32,000 nt of DNA from Vibrio vulnificus CMCP6 (GTDB lineage Bacteria > Pseudomonadota > Gammaproteobacteria > Enterobacterales > Vibrionaceae). Both the position numbers and the translations under genes were made by a program. This document shows positions 1-8,928 of the stretch, one piece after another. The stretch spans positions 750,001 to 782,000 of the forward strand of contig NC_004460.2 of the NCBI RefSeq assembly GCF_000039765.1, given 5' to 3'. Every line of letters starts with the position of its first letter. Positions within the stretch are counted from its first letter, which is position 1. The notes beneath the pieces are model-generated. The model made no database searches. It worked only from the letters and a program-made list of their open reading frames with translations, and had not been told where the DNA came from.

Positions 1-92
1 AAATTGAGCTGGTTCAATCGCCGATATAATACGAGCGATGCATCATCAACGGGGCCCCCTCCTTTTTAAAACAGATCATTCCCTTGAAGCCT

Positions 93-479
93 ATGGTGGT
101 AGCCAAGGATGTAGCCTCGAATGTCAAACAGCCCTTTCGTACCAGCTATAACAGCACACAATGACCCAAACAGGATCTCAAAAAGACAACAAGTGACTTT
201 TGTACTCCGACACTAGACAGCCACAGCTTGAAAATGTTCTTCAACATACTCAATTTGCACCAAGATCCATTATCTGGTGATGGCGCATATGACACAAGGT
301 ATTGTCACGATGAAACACGATTTAAACGCCCCGTTTGGCTCATCCCACCAGAGAGGGTACTGCGTTTGGGGAAAATGGTTAGCCTGATACACTTAGCGTT
401 CGTCAATAATGTCTTGATTAAGTTAACAGAACTCATTTACACCACGAGATACACTATAATTTCAATCAACTTTAGCTAA
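93..479 (+). pseudogene. IS5-family (IS903-like, DDE_Tnp_1) transposase remnant
   Basis: One frame reads MVVAKDVASNV..., then an in-frame TGA at 162-164, then ...DSHSLKMFFNILNLHQDPLSGDGAYDTRYCHDETRFKRPVWLIPPER. The GDGAYDT...IPPR block is typical of IS5-family transposases. The N-terminal part is absent and the C-terminal part is shortened. The listed 83-aa ORF (228..479) is only its tail. Confidence 0.5.
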
Positions 480-497
480 TGAGATAAGGGAATAAAA

Positions 498-2162
498 ATG
501 AAGGATGACATATTGACTGAAAAGTCTGAATCTCATGAGATAGACCATACAAAACGTTCTACGTTGACTAAATTAGCCTTTGGCGCAGCAACACTTCCAT
601 TTGCTTCGGTTCTACATGCGGCTTCTGACAAACTGGCTGTACAGAATATTTCCCTAATGCCTAATGAAAAAGGCCCTTTTGATATTGTTATCGAAAATGG
701 TCGTGTGGTTGATCCTGAAACGGGCTTAGATGCGATTCGTAACGTGGGGATCAAAGGTAAGCGTATTGCTGCTATTTCAACAAATACCTTGAAAGGTGCC
801 AAAGTAATTAATGCTGAAGGTTTAGTCGTTGCTCCGGGCTTCGTTGATTTACATGCACATGGTCAACAGCTTCCTGCGGCTCGCGCTCAAGCATTTGATG
901 GTGTTACCACCCAACTGGAAATGGAATCGGGTTTATTACCCATCTCTAAATTCTACGATGATACCGCAAAAGAAGGTCGACCTCTTAACTACGGCGCTTC
1001 GGTTGCTTGGACCTACGCGCGAGTTATGGCAAAAGAACCAACAATGCCAGCAGCTGATGGTACGATTGTTTGGTTCCAAAAAGCATTTTCATACAACAAT
1101 TGGCAAAATACATTAGCAACACCAGATGAGCTAAAACAGATCCTCAATGATATCGAGCAGGGTCTGAAAGAAGGAGGTTTAGGCATTGGCATTAACGCAG
1201 GTTATGCTCCGGGTTATGGCCATAAAGAGTACTACGAGCTAGCGAAGCTCGCCAAACGCTATAATATGCCAACTTATACGCACGTTCGTTACTTAAACAG
1301 TGCAGAACCAAAATCCAGCTTTGAAGCTTATCAAGAACTGATCAGTTTATCTGCAACGACTGGTGCACACATGCACATTTGTCACCTGAATAGTACCTCT
1401 GTGCAAGATATTGATGATTGTGCGGACTTAGTGCAATCAGCGATTGATAGAGGTTTGAATGTAACTGCCGAAGCTTACCCTTACGGTGCCGGTTCGTCAC
1501 TGATTGGCGCAGAAGTTTTCCGTGGTGATGATTGGTTAGCGCGCTGGGGAGTACCAAGTGCAAGTTACATGGAAGCCAATGGGAAACCATTAACACAAGA
1601 AAAGATCACAGAGCTTCAAGCAAATGACCCAGGCAAAGTGGTAGTAATGCATTTCTTAAAACCTGATGATAATCCATCCGATCGTCAAAAAATGGATCGT
1701 TCAGTTCTGTTTCCCGGTGCAGCTATTGCTTCAGATGCTATGCCTTGGATGGACTCAAAAGGACAGGTCATCGAAGGTGATATTTGGCCACTCCCTAGTG
1801 ATGCCATCGCTCACCCAAGATCACTGGCTTGTTTTACCCGTTTCATTAGTAAATATGTTAACGAATACAAAGCGGTTACGCTTATTGAGGCAATGGAGCG
1901 TTGTAGCTTAAACGCTTGTCGCATTATAGAAAACAGCGTCCCACAAATGAAAAATAAAGGCCGTGTTCAAGTAGGTAAAGATGCAGATTTAGTGATATTC
2001 AAACTTGAAGATATCAAAGTGCTTGCGACTTTCGAAGCCCCTAATGCACTGTCTGAAGGTATGCATCATGTCATTGTTAACGGTACGCCCATCATTGCAA
2101 ATGGTGAATTACAGTTAGGCGTAAATCCGGGTGAACCCATTCGCAACCCTGTTATTGCATAA
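498..2162 (+). CDS. Metal-dependent amidohydrolase, N-acyl-D-amino-acid deacylase (D-aminoacylase) family, probably exported
   Basis: 554-aa ORF. N-terminal signal-like segment (KRSTLTKLAFGAATLPFASVLHAAS). GFVDLHAHG HxH metal motif. Length and layout are typical of D-aminoacylases. A hairpin terminator follows. Confidence 0.75.
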   Translation: MKDDILTEKSESHEIDHTKRSTLTKLAFGAATLPFASVLHAASDKLAVQNISLMPNEKGPFDIVIENGRVVDPETGLDAIRNVGIKGKRIAAISTNTLKGAKVINAEGLVVAPGFVDLHAHGQQLPAARAQAFDGVTTQLEMESGLLPISKFYDDTAKEGRPLNYGASVAWTYARVMAKEPTMPAADGTIVWFQKAFSYNNWQNTLATPDELKQILNDIEQGLKEGGLGIGINAGYAPGYGHKEYYELAKLAKRYNMPTYTHVRYLNSAEPKSSFEAYQELISLSATTGAHMHICHLNSTSVQDIDDCADLVQSAIDRGLNVTAEAYPYGAGSSLIGAEVFRGDDWLARWGVPSASYMEANGKPLTQEKITELQANDPGKVVVMHFLKPDDNPSDRQKMDRSVLFPGAAIASDAMPWMDSKGQVIEGDIWPLPSDAIAHPRSLACFTRFISKYVNEYKAVTLIEAMERCSLNACRIIENSVPQMKNKGRVQVGKDADLVIFKLEDIKVLATFEAPNALSEGMHHVIVNGTPIIANGELQLGVNPGEPIRNPVIA

Positions 2163-2180
2163 TTAACTCTCAATATAATT

Positions 2181-2206
2181 AAGCTCGGCGCAAGTCGAGC
2201 TTTTTC
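2181..2206 (+). terminator. Rho-independent terminator after the amidohydrolase gene
   Basis: aagctcg / cgagctt 7-bp stem (2181-2187 / 2196-2202) followed by a T-run. Confidence 0.6.
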
Positions 2207-2224
2207 ATGAAATGATATAGAGAA

Positions 2225-3205
2225 ATGTCGATGAGTAAAAAGCCAATTCCAGTCACTATCTTAGCCGGATTTTTAGGGGCAGGTAAAACCACCCTGCTCA
2301 ATCATATTCTGACCAATGCCAATGGAATGCGCATGGCCGTTATCGTCAATGACTTTGGTTCGATAAATGTTGATGCTGAACTGGTAAAGTCTGAAAGCGA
2401 CAATATGATCAGCCTAGAAAATGGTTGTGTTTGTTGTAATCTCGCTGAAGGTTTAGTGGTTTCTGTGATGCGTTTATTAGCACTCGAACAACGTCCAGAT
2501 CACATTGTGGTAGAAACCTCTGGAATTTCAGAACCAAAAGAAGTGGCGCTGAATTTTGAAGATCCAGAACTACAACAGCATGCGCCCCTCAATGCGATTA
2601 TCACCACCATTGACGCTAAAAATGTACTAACGCTCGAAAAACAGATGGCAGAATTAGCTGAACAGCAAATTCAAGTCGCTGATATTGTTTTGGTCAATAA
2701 AGTCGACCTAGTAGAGCCAGAAGAGCTAGCAAAAGTTAAACAATGGTGTCAGGTACAAGCGCCATTTGCAAAGCTGGTTGAAATTGAGTTTGGTAAAGTC
2801 GATTTACCTATTTTATTTGAAGTACCAGAGAGGCTTCAGGTTTCATCCCATAACAGAGAACATGGTGGCGAGCACCATCACTGTCATGATGACCATTGTG
2901 ATCACGTTAGCCATCAGTTTGAAACATTCAGTTTTGAAACAGAGCATCCCCTTTCACTGCAAGCCTTGTACCCTCTGTTGCAGCAGTTTTCTATCGATGC
3001 ATATCGCATGAAAGGCATCTTAAACCTTGATGATAAACCCGATCACCGTTGTATTTTCCAATGCACAGGACAACGTGCACAGGTGACGATTGGCGATCCA
3101 TGGCAAGAGGGTGAAAAAAGAGCGACTCGACTTGTTTTCATCGGCCCTAAAGGGGGATTAGATAGGAATGTTATGCGCAAGAAATTGGACGCTCTTGTGA
3201 TCTAA
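2225..3205 (+). CDS. COG0523/CobW-family G3E GTPase (putative metallochaperone)
   Basis: P-loop GFLGAGKTTLLNHIL, CVCCNL (CxCC) metal motif, and a His/Cys-rich stretch HNREHGGEHHHCHDDHCDHVSH before the CobW_C-like tail. Confidence 0.85.
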   Translation: MSMSKKPIPVTILAGFLGAGKTTLLNHILTNANGMRMAVIVNDFGSINVDAELVKSESDNMISLENGCVCCNLAEGLVVSVMRLLALEQRPDHIVVETSGISEPKEVALNFEDPELQQHAPLNAIITTIDAKNVLTLEKQMAELAEQQIQVADIVLVNKVDLVEPEELAKVKQWCQVQAPFAKLVEIEFGKVDLPILFEVPERLQVSSHNREHGGEHHHCHDDHCDHVSHQFETFSFETEHPLSLQALYPLLQQFSIDAYRMKGILNLDDKPDHRCIFQCTGQRAQVTIGDPWQEGEKRATRLVFIGPKGGLDRNVMRKKLDALVI

Positions 3206-3361
3206 CAATAAGTTTATTGGCTCAATAAATGCAGTTAAATGTAACCAAATGTAACCAATGAAAAATGGTGTGATAAAGAGCTATTAGAGCTAAATCGAAG
3301 TTGAATCAAGAAATCGTAATAACTAAGATGATAAATGAAAAAACTAACCATGGAGAGGTTT

Positions 3362-4351
3362 ATGAATCGAAGTATAGCGCTTTGTTTTACTTTACTTATC
3401 TCGTCATTAGTTCCAATTCAGCCAGCAGTTGCTAATGTGCATAATTTTAAAGATGTTTCGCAGAAACTTGAGACAATTTCACAGAGGCTAGTTGGCCGCA
3501 TCGGTGTGGCTGCTCAAGAAATTGGCTCTGGGGAGAGAATAACAGTAAACGGCGATGAAATGTTTGTGATGGCCAGTACCTACAAGGTTGCTATTGCTGT
3601 CGCCTTACTGGAGCGGATTGATAAAGGCGAGCTTAAGCTTTCCGATTTAATTGATGTCCCACAAGAAACCATGGTGACAGGTGACGGTGCTATCGCGGTG
3701 AACTTCGTGCACCCAGGTATAAAGTTATCTATCGCCAATTTAATCGAACCAATGATAACGTTAAGTGACAACACAGCGACAGATATTTGTCTAAAACTTG
3801 CAGGAGGGCCTGAAGCAGTAACTAAAGTGATGCGAAATATTGGTATTACTGATTTACGAGTTGATCGGTATACCAGTGAAATTTTAAGGGACTTCTATGG
3901 TTTACCCGACAAGGCCTATTCATCTGTACTTGCAAAGGCTCTTGCCCAAGACCCATCGCTCGCGTCAAAACAACCACTTAGAAACCTTAAGTTCGAACAA
4001 GAAGATCTACGAGATCAAAGCTCGCCTAATGCCATGTTGGAATTACTTCTGGCAATTGACAGCGGTAAAGTGTTAAGTGAGAAAAGCAGCGAATTTTTAC
4101 TTGATGTCATGTCACGTACACGCACTGGTGCTGGAAGGCTAAAAGGTCTACTACCAAAAGGAACCCTCGTTGCCCACAAGACAGGGACAATTGGCGGTGT
4201 CGCCAATGACGTGGGATTTGTAACGCTACCCGATGGTCGACGTTTTGCGATAGTCGTATATTCTAAGAGCAGCACAACATCGGAAGCTGATCGTGATCTA
4301 GCTATTGCAGAAATTACCCGAACGTTATACGATTTTTATTATTTAAAGTAA
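3362..4351 (+). CDS. Class A beta-lactamase-related serine hydrolase with an enlarged omega-loop region
   Basis: Class A motif order: STYK (SxxK), SDN, then RVDRYTSE (compare RxDRWE), then HKTG (KTG). Start chosen at the ATG preceded by GGAGAGG, giving signal peptide MNRSIALCFTLLISSLVPIQPAVA. About 30 extra residues lie between the E166-like position and the DxRDxxxP block. Confidence 0.75.
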   Translation: MNRSIALCFTLLISSLVPIQPAVANVHNFKDVSQKLETISQRLVGRIGVAAQEIGSGERITVNGDEMFVMASTYKVAIAVALLERIDKGELKLSDLIDVPQETMVTGDGAIAVNFVHPGIKLSIANLIEPMITLSDNTATDICLKLAGGPEAVTKVMRNIGITDLRVDRYTSEILRDFYGLPDKAYSSVLAKALAQDPSLASKQPLRNLKFEQEDLRDQSSPNAMLELLLAIDSGKVLSEKSSEFLLDVMSRTRTGAGRLKGLLPKGTLVAHKTGTIGGVANDVGFVTLPDGRRFAIVVYSKSSTTSEADRDLAIAEITRTLYDFYYLK

Positions 4352-4391
4352 CGAATTAAATTCAACTGTTAGTGCTTAAAAAGGTATAAAT

Positions 4392-5900
4392 ATGGATCAA
4401 GCCATTAAGAAGAAAATGAAATTATTACCTACCGTAATAGTTTCGTCTTTATTGACAATGCAGCCGGCATTGGCACATCAAAATAATAAAATGACACAGG
4501 AAGAAGGCCAAGCAACCTTCAATGCCGTCGTTGCCGATGTCAATAAAATGATCAAAGAAATGCACATACCGGGACTTGCTGTCGGTGTTATTCATGGACC
4601 TAACACCTACAGTGCCGGACTCGGTATCACCAAGGTAGGCACCAACGAGGCCGTTACCCCTGATACACAATTTCAAATTGGCTCTGTGACCAAAACCTTC
4701 CTTGCGACCCTAGCCATGCAGCAATCCGAACAGGGCATTCTGGATTTAAACGCACGTGTCGTCGATATTCTGCCGTGGTGGAGGGTTTCAGATCCCGAGG
4801 CGACATCTAAAGCGCGGGTTGTTGACCTATTCCATCATCGTGCTGGCTGGTATGGCGACCATGGGTTCCTTCGTGTTCCTCCAGGTGGTTCGATATCTGA
4901 GAAAGTAATGCTTCAAGGGGCTTACGCACAGCAGATCTATCCGTTCGATCAAACCTGGATGTACAACAACACCAGTATCACTTTCGCTACACATGTAGTG
5001 TCTCATGTCGGTGGAAAGCCGATCGAGACACTGATCGAAGAGAATCTGTTAACTCCGCTCGGCATGAATTCGTCATCCTTTAACTACGATGCTACCCCTC
5101 CTGCTAAAGATTACGCATGGGGCCATCCGCCGATCTACGGGAAAGGCAGCATAAGTGAACTCAAGCCGTACTACATTCCGTTGATTAGAGAGTCCGCAGC
5201 CTCCGGCGCACTCCGCTCTACGGTGGCCGACATGCTTAAATACGCCCGCTTTCAGCTAGACGGTAAGGATGCCTCCGGTAAGCAGTTGTTGTCTAAAAAA
5301 GCGCTGGATTATGCCCACGCACCTGCGGTCGAGGCTTCGACCGGAGACTTTACCGGACTGACATGGTTCGTCCACGACTACGATGGGACCACAAGCCCTA
5401 GCCATGGGGGGAATTGGCCCGGTACGCGTTCTTTTCTGCAGTTGATCCCGGATCACGACTTTGCCGTAGTGGTTTTGGTTCACAGCGATCGCGGAGCTGA
5501 AGCTTACAAAAAAGTGGCTAACGCAATGGTCAAAGCCTTTACGAAAATCGAATCCAACTCTCCGGTCTCCGTTGGTGCGACTCCGTCTGTGCTCGACCCC
5601 TTCGTCGGTGTGTTTAAGGGTAATTCCCAAAACATTGAGATCCGTAAAGATGGCGACAAATATGTGTTTGTCCAGTTTTCAGCATTGACTAAAGGAGCGG
5701 ATCCTGCCCCTGCCAATGTAGAAAACACGGCCGAGGGTTATTTTATCATCACCGAAGGTCCGAATAAGGGAGCACTTGGTGAATTGCTGAAAGACCCATC
5801 TGGCGAACTCAACTACGTGCGCTTCAACCACAGAATCTTTATTCGCGGTGAAGGTGCGGTTAACGAGTTCGACCTATCTGGATCGGTATTCGATAAGTAG
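4392..5900 (+). CDS. Beta-lactamase-fold (class C / DD-peptidase / D-aminopeptidase-like) serine hydrolase, exported
   Basis: Signal peptide ending PALAHQ. SVTK (SxxK) motif, YNN (YxN) motif, and SHGG in place of KTG. A C-terminal extension of about 120 aa follows. Confidence 0.7.
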   Translation: MDQAIKKKMKLLPTVIVSSLLTMQPALAHQNNKMTQEEGQATFNAVVADVNKMIKEMHIPGLAVGVIHGPNTYSAGLGITKVGTNEAVTPDTQFQIGSVTKTFLATLAMQQSEQGILDLNARVVDILPWWRVSDPEATSKARVVDLFHHRAGWYGDHGFLRVPPGGSISEKVMLQGAYAQQIYPFDQTWMYNNTSITFATHVVSHVGGKPIETLIEENLLTPLGMNSSSFNYDATPPAKDYAWGHPPIYGKGSISELKPYYIPLIRESAASGALRSTVADMLKYARFQLDGKDASGKQLLSKKALDYAHAPAVEASTGDFTGLTWFVHDYDGTTSPSHGGNWPGTRSFLQLIPDHDFAVVVLVHSDRGAEAYKKVANAMVKAFTKIESNSPVSVGATPSVLDPFVGVFKGNSQNIEIRKDGDKYVFVQFSALTKGADPAPANVENTAEGYFIITEGPNKGALGELLKDPSGELNYVRFNHRIFIRGEGAVNEFDLSGSVFDK

Positions 5901-5975
5901 GATGAGCAAAAGATATTAATTCACGCGGATAATGATTTCTGACAGACATCTATTAGCTGCATGAATACCCTTAAG

Positions 5976-6012
5976 CATCAAAACACGCCATAAGGACATG
6001 GGTGTTTTGATG
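5976..6012. other. Perfect 11-bp inverted repeat (stem-loop) downstream of the serine hydrolase gene
   Basis: catcaaaacac (5977-5986 region) ... gtgttttgatg (6002-6012) with a ~15-nt loop. No clear T-run follows, so it is only a weak terminator candidate. Confidence 0.4.
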
Positions 6013-6342
6013 GAAGAAAAACAAATTGCCCTGAGATATCAAAGCATCAGTCAGAAGGAGCAGAGGACATTTAAGGCAATGAGAAAATCATGATGCCTTG
6101 GTTGATGATCGGTCAAAAGCATCTCAACTAAGGCTGATTTTTATTAGCTGAAAGTTCGCCATCATGATTGGGCTAGACAAGTAACCATTGGCCCTTGATG
6201 AAAAACTTGCAGTCCGTGGGAATAATGGCGTTGATGACTTCAGCCTGAAGAGGGCTAGCTACGAAAAATTCTTGCTGGAACCGAACGTTCTATCAGCACG
6301 AGTAAAAATACGGACCAACCCATATTTAAGAAATGATTATAT

Positions 6343-7857
6343 TTAAAGCATACCTTCAATAGGTAAAACACCAGAGAGCCAAGCTCCAATGCTTCTCCAG
6401 ATACTAGATTCTGGCTCGCTGTCATAAACTTTACCATTCCCTAAATCTGTCCAATGTAAATTTCCCTCTCGAATCTCAACGTAATATGCGTCTTTAGGCA
6501 ACGCACTGTTTAATTGAACAGTGGCCTTTTTAACATATTCAGGATGTGTAATATGAACTGCCATTTCAGTATTGATATAGGCTGAGCGAGGATCCCAGTT
6601 CATCGATCCAACAATAAAATCAGCATCATCGATGACGATGACTTTGGCATGGAGGCTTGCTCGCTGACTCCCGATCAAACTCCATTGGCGTTTGATTTCT
6701 GCACTGGCTTTAATTTCCCAAAGGGTAATGCCACTTTCCAGCAATTCTTCTCGATATTTGGCATACCAGCCATGAACCGCGAAAACATCATTTGAAGCCA
6801 AGCTGTTAGTGACAATCGTAACTTTCACTCCGCTCTCCGCCAACCTTTTCAGTCCTAGGGTACCTGCTTCAGTGGGCACAAAATAAGGAGAAATGATCAA
6901 GATGGAGTCAGTTACATTGTTTAGTCTTTCGGCGAGTTGTTCCGCTACCTGACTATCACGGGTTTCTACCTTGTCTGGTAAGTCATACCAGAGTACTGCT
7001 TCACCCCAGTAAAGCTTGAGCGTACCGTGCTTTAGGTGCTCAAATAGCTCTAGTTGGCTGATGTCATATTCACCGTCTCTAAAAGGCGCTTCTAATGCGT
7101 TCACATCAACAAGGTCTTCCAAGGCATATTGCGTCTCGTAATCAGAGAGCGAAACAAGCGCACTGACAGATTGTGTTTGGTCGCTGTTCCAGTACAAATC
7201 AAACTGAGTTGCTGTTTCAACAACCGCAGGACCAAAAAGCAGCACGTCAAAATCGCCAAATTCAACTTGGGTGGAAAATGAAAAATATTCGTTGCCGATG
7301 TTCCGACCACCCACAATAGCTGCCACACCATCGGCAGTCATCGATTTATTGTGCATACGATGATTGAGTCGAGAAAAATCGGTGAGGAAAGATAAACCCC
7401 GGAAAAACCTGTTGGTGTATGGATTGAACAGACGTATTTCGATGTTCGGATGGTCATTCAACAGCGCCATGACCTGGTCGTCCCGACGCTGCATATCGTC
7501 AAGCAAAAGTCTCACTTTGACGCCGCGTTGCGCTGCTTCATAGAGCCGCCATGTGATGATTTTGCTTGTTTCATCATCTCCAAACAGGTAGTACTGCAAA
7601 TCCAACGAGTGCTGAGCACTTGTAATCAAGGCGATTCGGGCGAGTAGGGCGTCATCGCCATTATTGAGAGAGTGAAAGCCGGTTAAATTGTCTTTCACCG
7701 TTTCAGGGCGAAGCTGCTCATAATATTTGGCCAGAGTGCTACCTTCCTGATAGCCAGAGTGGTAGCTAAGCTTTTTTTCAGTCACTAATGGGTTGGAAGC
7801 TGAACACGCAAGCAATCCAAAACAGCTAGCAACAACTAGAACACGCATCCATTTCAA
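6343..7857 (-). CDS. Phospholipase D-family lipoprotein (two HKD motifs; ClsC/cardiolipin-synthase-like)
   Basis: HKD motifs: HNKSMTADGVAAIVGGRNIGNEY and HAKVIVIDDADFIVGSMNWDPRS. Lipobox LLACS. The TTG start at 7857 lies 7 nt after AAGGAG. Confidence 0.8.
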   Translation of the reverse strand: MKWMRVLVVASCFGLLACSASNPLVTEKKLSYHSGYQEGSTLAKYYEQLRPETVKDNLTGFHSLNNGDDALLARIALITSAQHSLDLQYYLFGDDETSKIITWRLYEAAQRGVKVRLLLDDMQRRDDQVMALLNDHPNIEIRLFNPYTNRFFRGLSFLTDFSRLNHRMHNKSMTADGVAAIVGGRNIGNEYFSFSTQVEFGDFDVLLFGPAVVETATQFDLYWNSDQTQSVSALVSLSDYETQYALEDLVDVNALEAPFRDGEYDISQLELFEHLKHGTLKLYWGEAVLWYDLPDKVETRDSQVAEQLAERLNNVTDSILIISPYFVPTEAGTLGLKRLAESGVKVTIVTNSLASNDVFAVHGWYAKYREELLESGITLWEIKASAEIKRQWSLIGSQRASLHAKVIVIDDADFIVGSMNWDPRSAYINTEMAVHITHPEYVKKATVQLNSALPKDAYYVEIREGNLHWTDLGNGKVYDSEPESSIWRSIGAWLSGVLPIEGML

Positions 7858-7908
7858 AAAAAACTCCTTAAGAACGAGTTAGTCAAAGTTGAACCCAAGT
7901 AATGACGA

Positions 7909-8928
7909 TTAATCTACTTTATCAACCACATAGTGAGAAGTAGTCTGAGTAAGGTTAAGTATCAAGTAACCAATCAAAATGGCTGTTGCGATTGATATTA
8001 ATCGCGTCAAGTGAGAGGAGAATGGGTCATCTCCCTGATAATTTAAAACCTGACTGACAAGAACAAAAAAGTTGGTAAACAGGAGTTGATAGATACTCAT
8101 ACGGCATCGCTGGCGCATAGCGAAGCAAGCCAATTGCAAGCCTAAAAACAACGTAGCGCCGAACAGTGCCCATGTAGGCCAGCCAACAATCGAAAGCAGA
8201 ACCATTGGGAGCGTGAAGAGTATACCGATAGCGGTGGTCGTGATACGATTCCGACTAAATAAGCGGTGATCATCAGAAAATGGCACCCTAATCATACTAC
8301 TGATGGTAATACCAATTAATATGGATTGGGAGCTTCCTGAAGCGATAAGCGCAACCATCACTAAGGCCATTGCAATACTTTTGAAAAAGATAAGCCCCAG
8401 GTGGGAGTTTGCTCCTTTGGGGTCCTCTTCATCAGTCTTTATTTCTTTTTCATCGCCTGGGAACAGCAAAAAGCTAAAGTAAGTGACGATCAACGCGATG
8501 ACACTCGCTTCAAGCATCAGTGCTGGCAAGCCAAAACTTGATATACCGAATTGCAGATTGATGACACTCATCATAATCACAACCAATAAGACAAATGTGG
8601 CCAAAATGTCTTTGGGATTTTCGTGACTTCGGTAAAAACTCCAGAATAAAAGCGCCCAGCAATAAAGCCCGTAGCCCGTTGGAGAATCGATGAGCTGTTC
8701 CCCTAACAATACAACACCAAGGCTGACAAATACCATAACCGCAAGAAGCTTAATCAGCATATCTACGGGAGGTTTTGATGGCATGATCGTTAAAAAAATC
8801 ACCACAAAAATTGGGGCAAGTATGGGCAAAATCGCTCCATGTGCTGAGAGATAAAAGAGCAGTATTGATGGTGCTAAAACCAAACGAAGCACCGGATTCG
8901 CGGCGCTACGAAACATAAGTCCAAACAC
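7909..8928 (-). CDS. Polytopic inner-membrane protein, FUSC/DUF2955-like (putative efflux partner of the upstream HlyD-family gene)
   Basis: 339 aa, very hydrophobic with many predicted TM segments. Its start (GTG 8928 or ATG 8916) overlaps the reconstructed stop of the HlyD-family gene at 8906-8908. The family call is from memory of the HlyD plus DUF2955 gene pairing. Confidence 0.55.
   Translation of the reverse strand: MFGLMFRSAANPVLRLVLAPSILLFYLSAHGAILPILAPIFVVIFLTIMPSKPPVDMLIKLLAVMVFVSLGVVLLGEQLIDSPTGYGLYCWALLFWSFYRSHENPKDILATFVLLVVIMMSVINLQFGISSFGLPALMLEASVIALIVTYFSFLLFPGDEKEIKTDEEDPKGANSHLGLIFFKSIAMALVMVALIASGSSQSILIGITISSMIRVPFSDDHRLFSRNRITTTAIGILFTLPMVLLSIVGWPTWALFGATLFLGLQLACFAMRQRCRMSIYQLLFTNFFVLVSQVLNYQGDDPFSSHLTRLISIATAILIGYLILNLTQTTSHYVVDKVD

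Noticed and set aside
228-479. Listed 83-aa ORF as an independent gene
   Set aside because: It is the tail of a degraded IS5-family transposase frame that continues upstream through an in-frame stop.
2206-2224. Possible Zur box (gaaatgatatagagaaatg) upstream of the COG0523 gene
   Set aside because: Only the GAAATG half resembles the Zur consensus. There is no TGTTAT...ATAACA-type dyad, so I cannot support a Zur site.
3237-3256. Tandem aaatgtaacc x2 upstream of the class A-like gene
   Set aside because: It is a real 10-mer duplication, but it is short, AT-rich and lacks any recognisable binding-site pattern. That is insufficient to call it a regulatory site.
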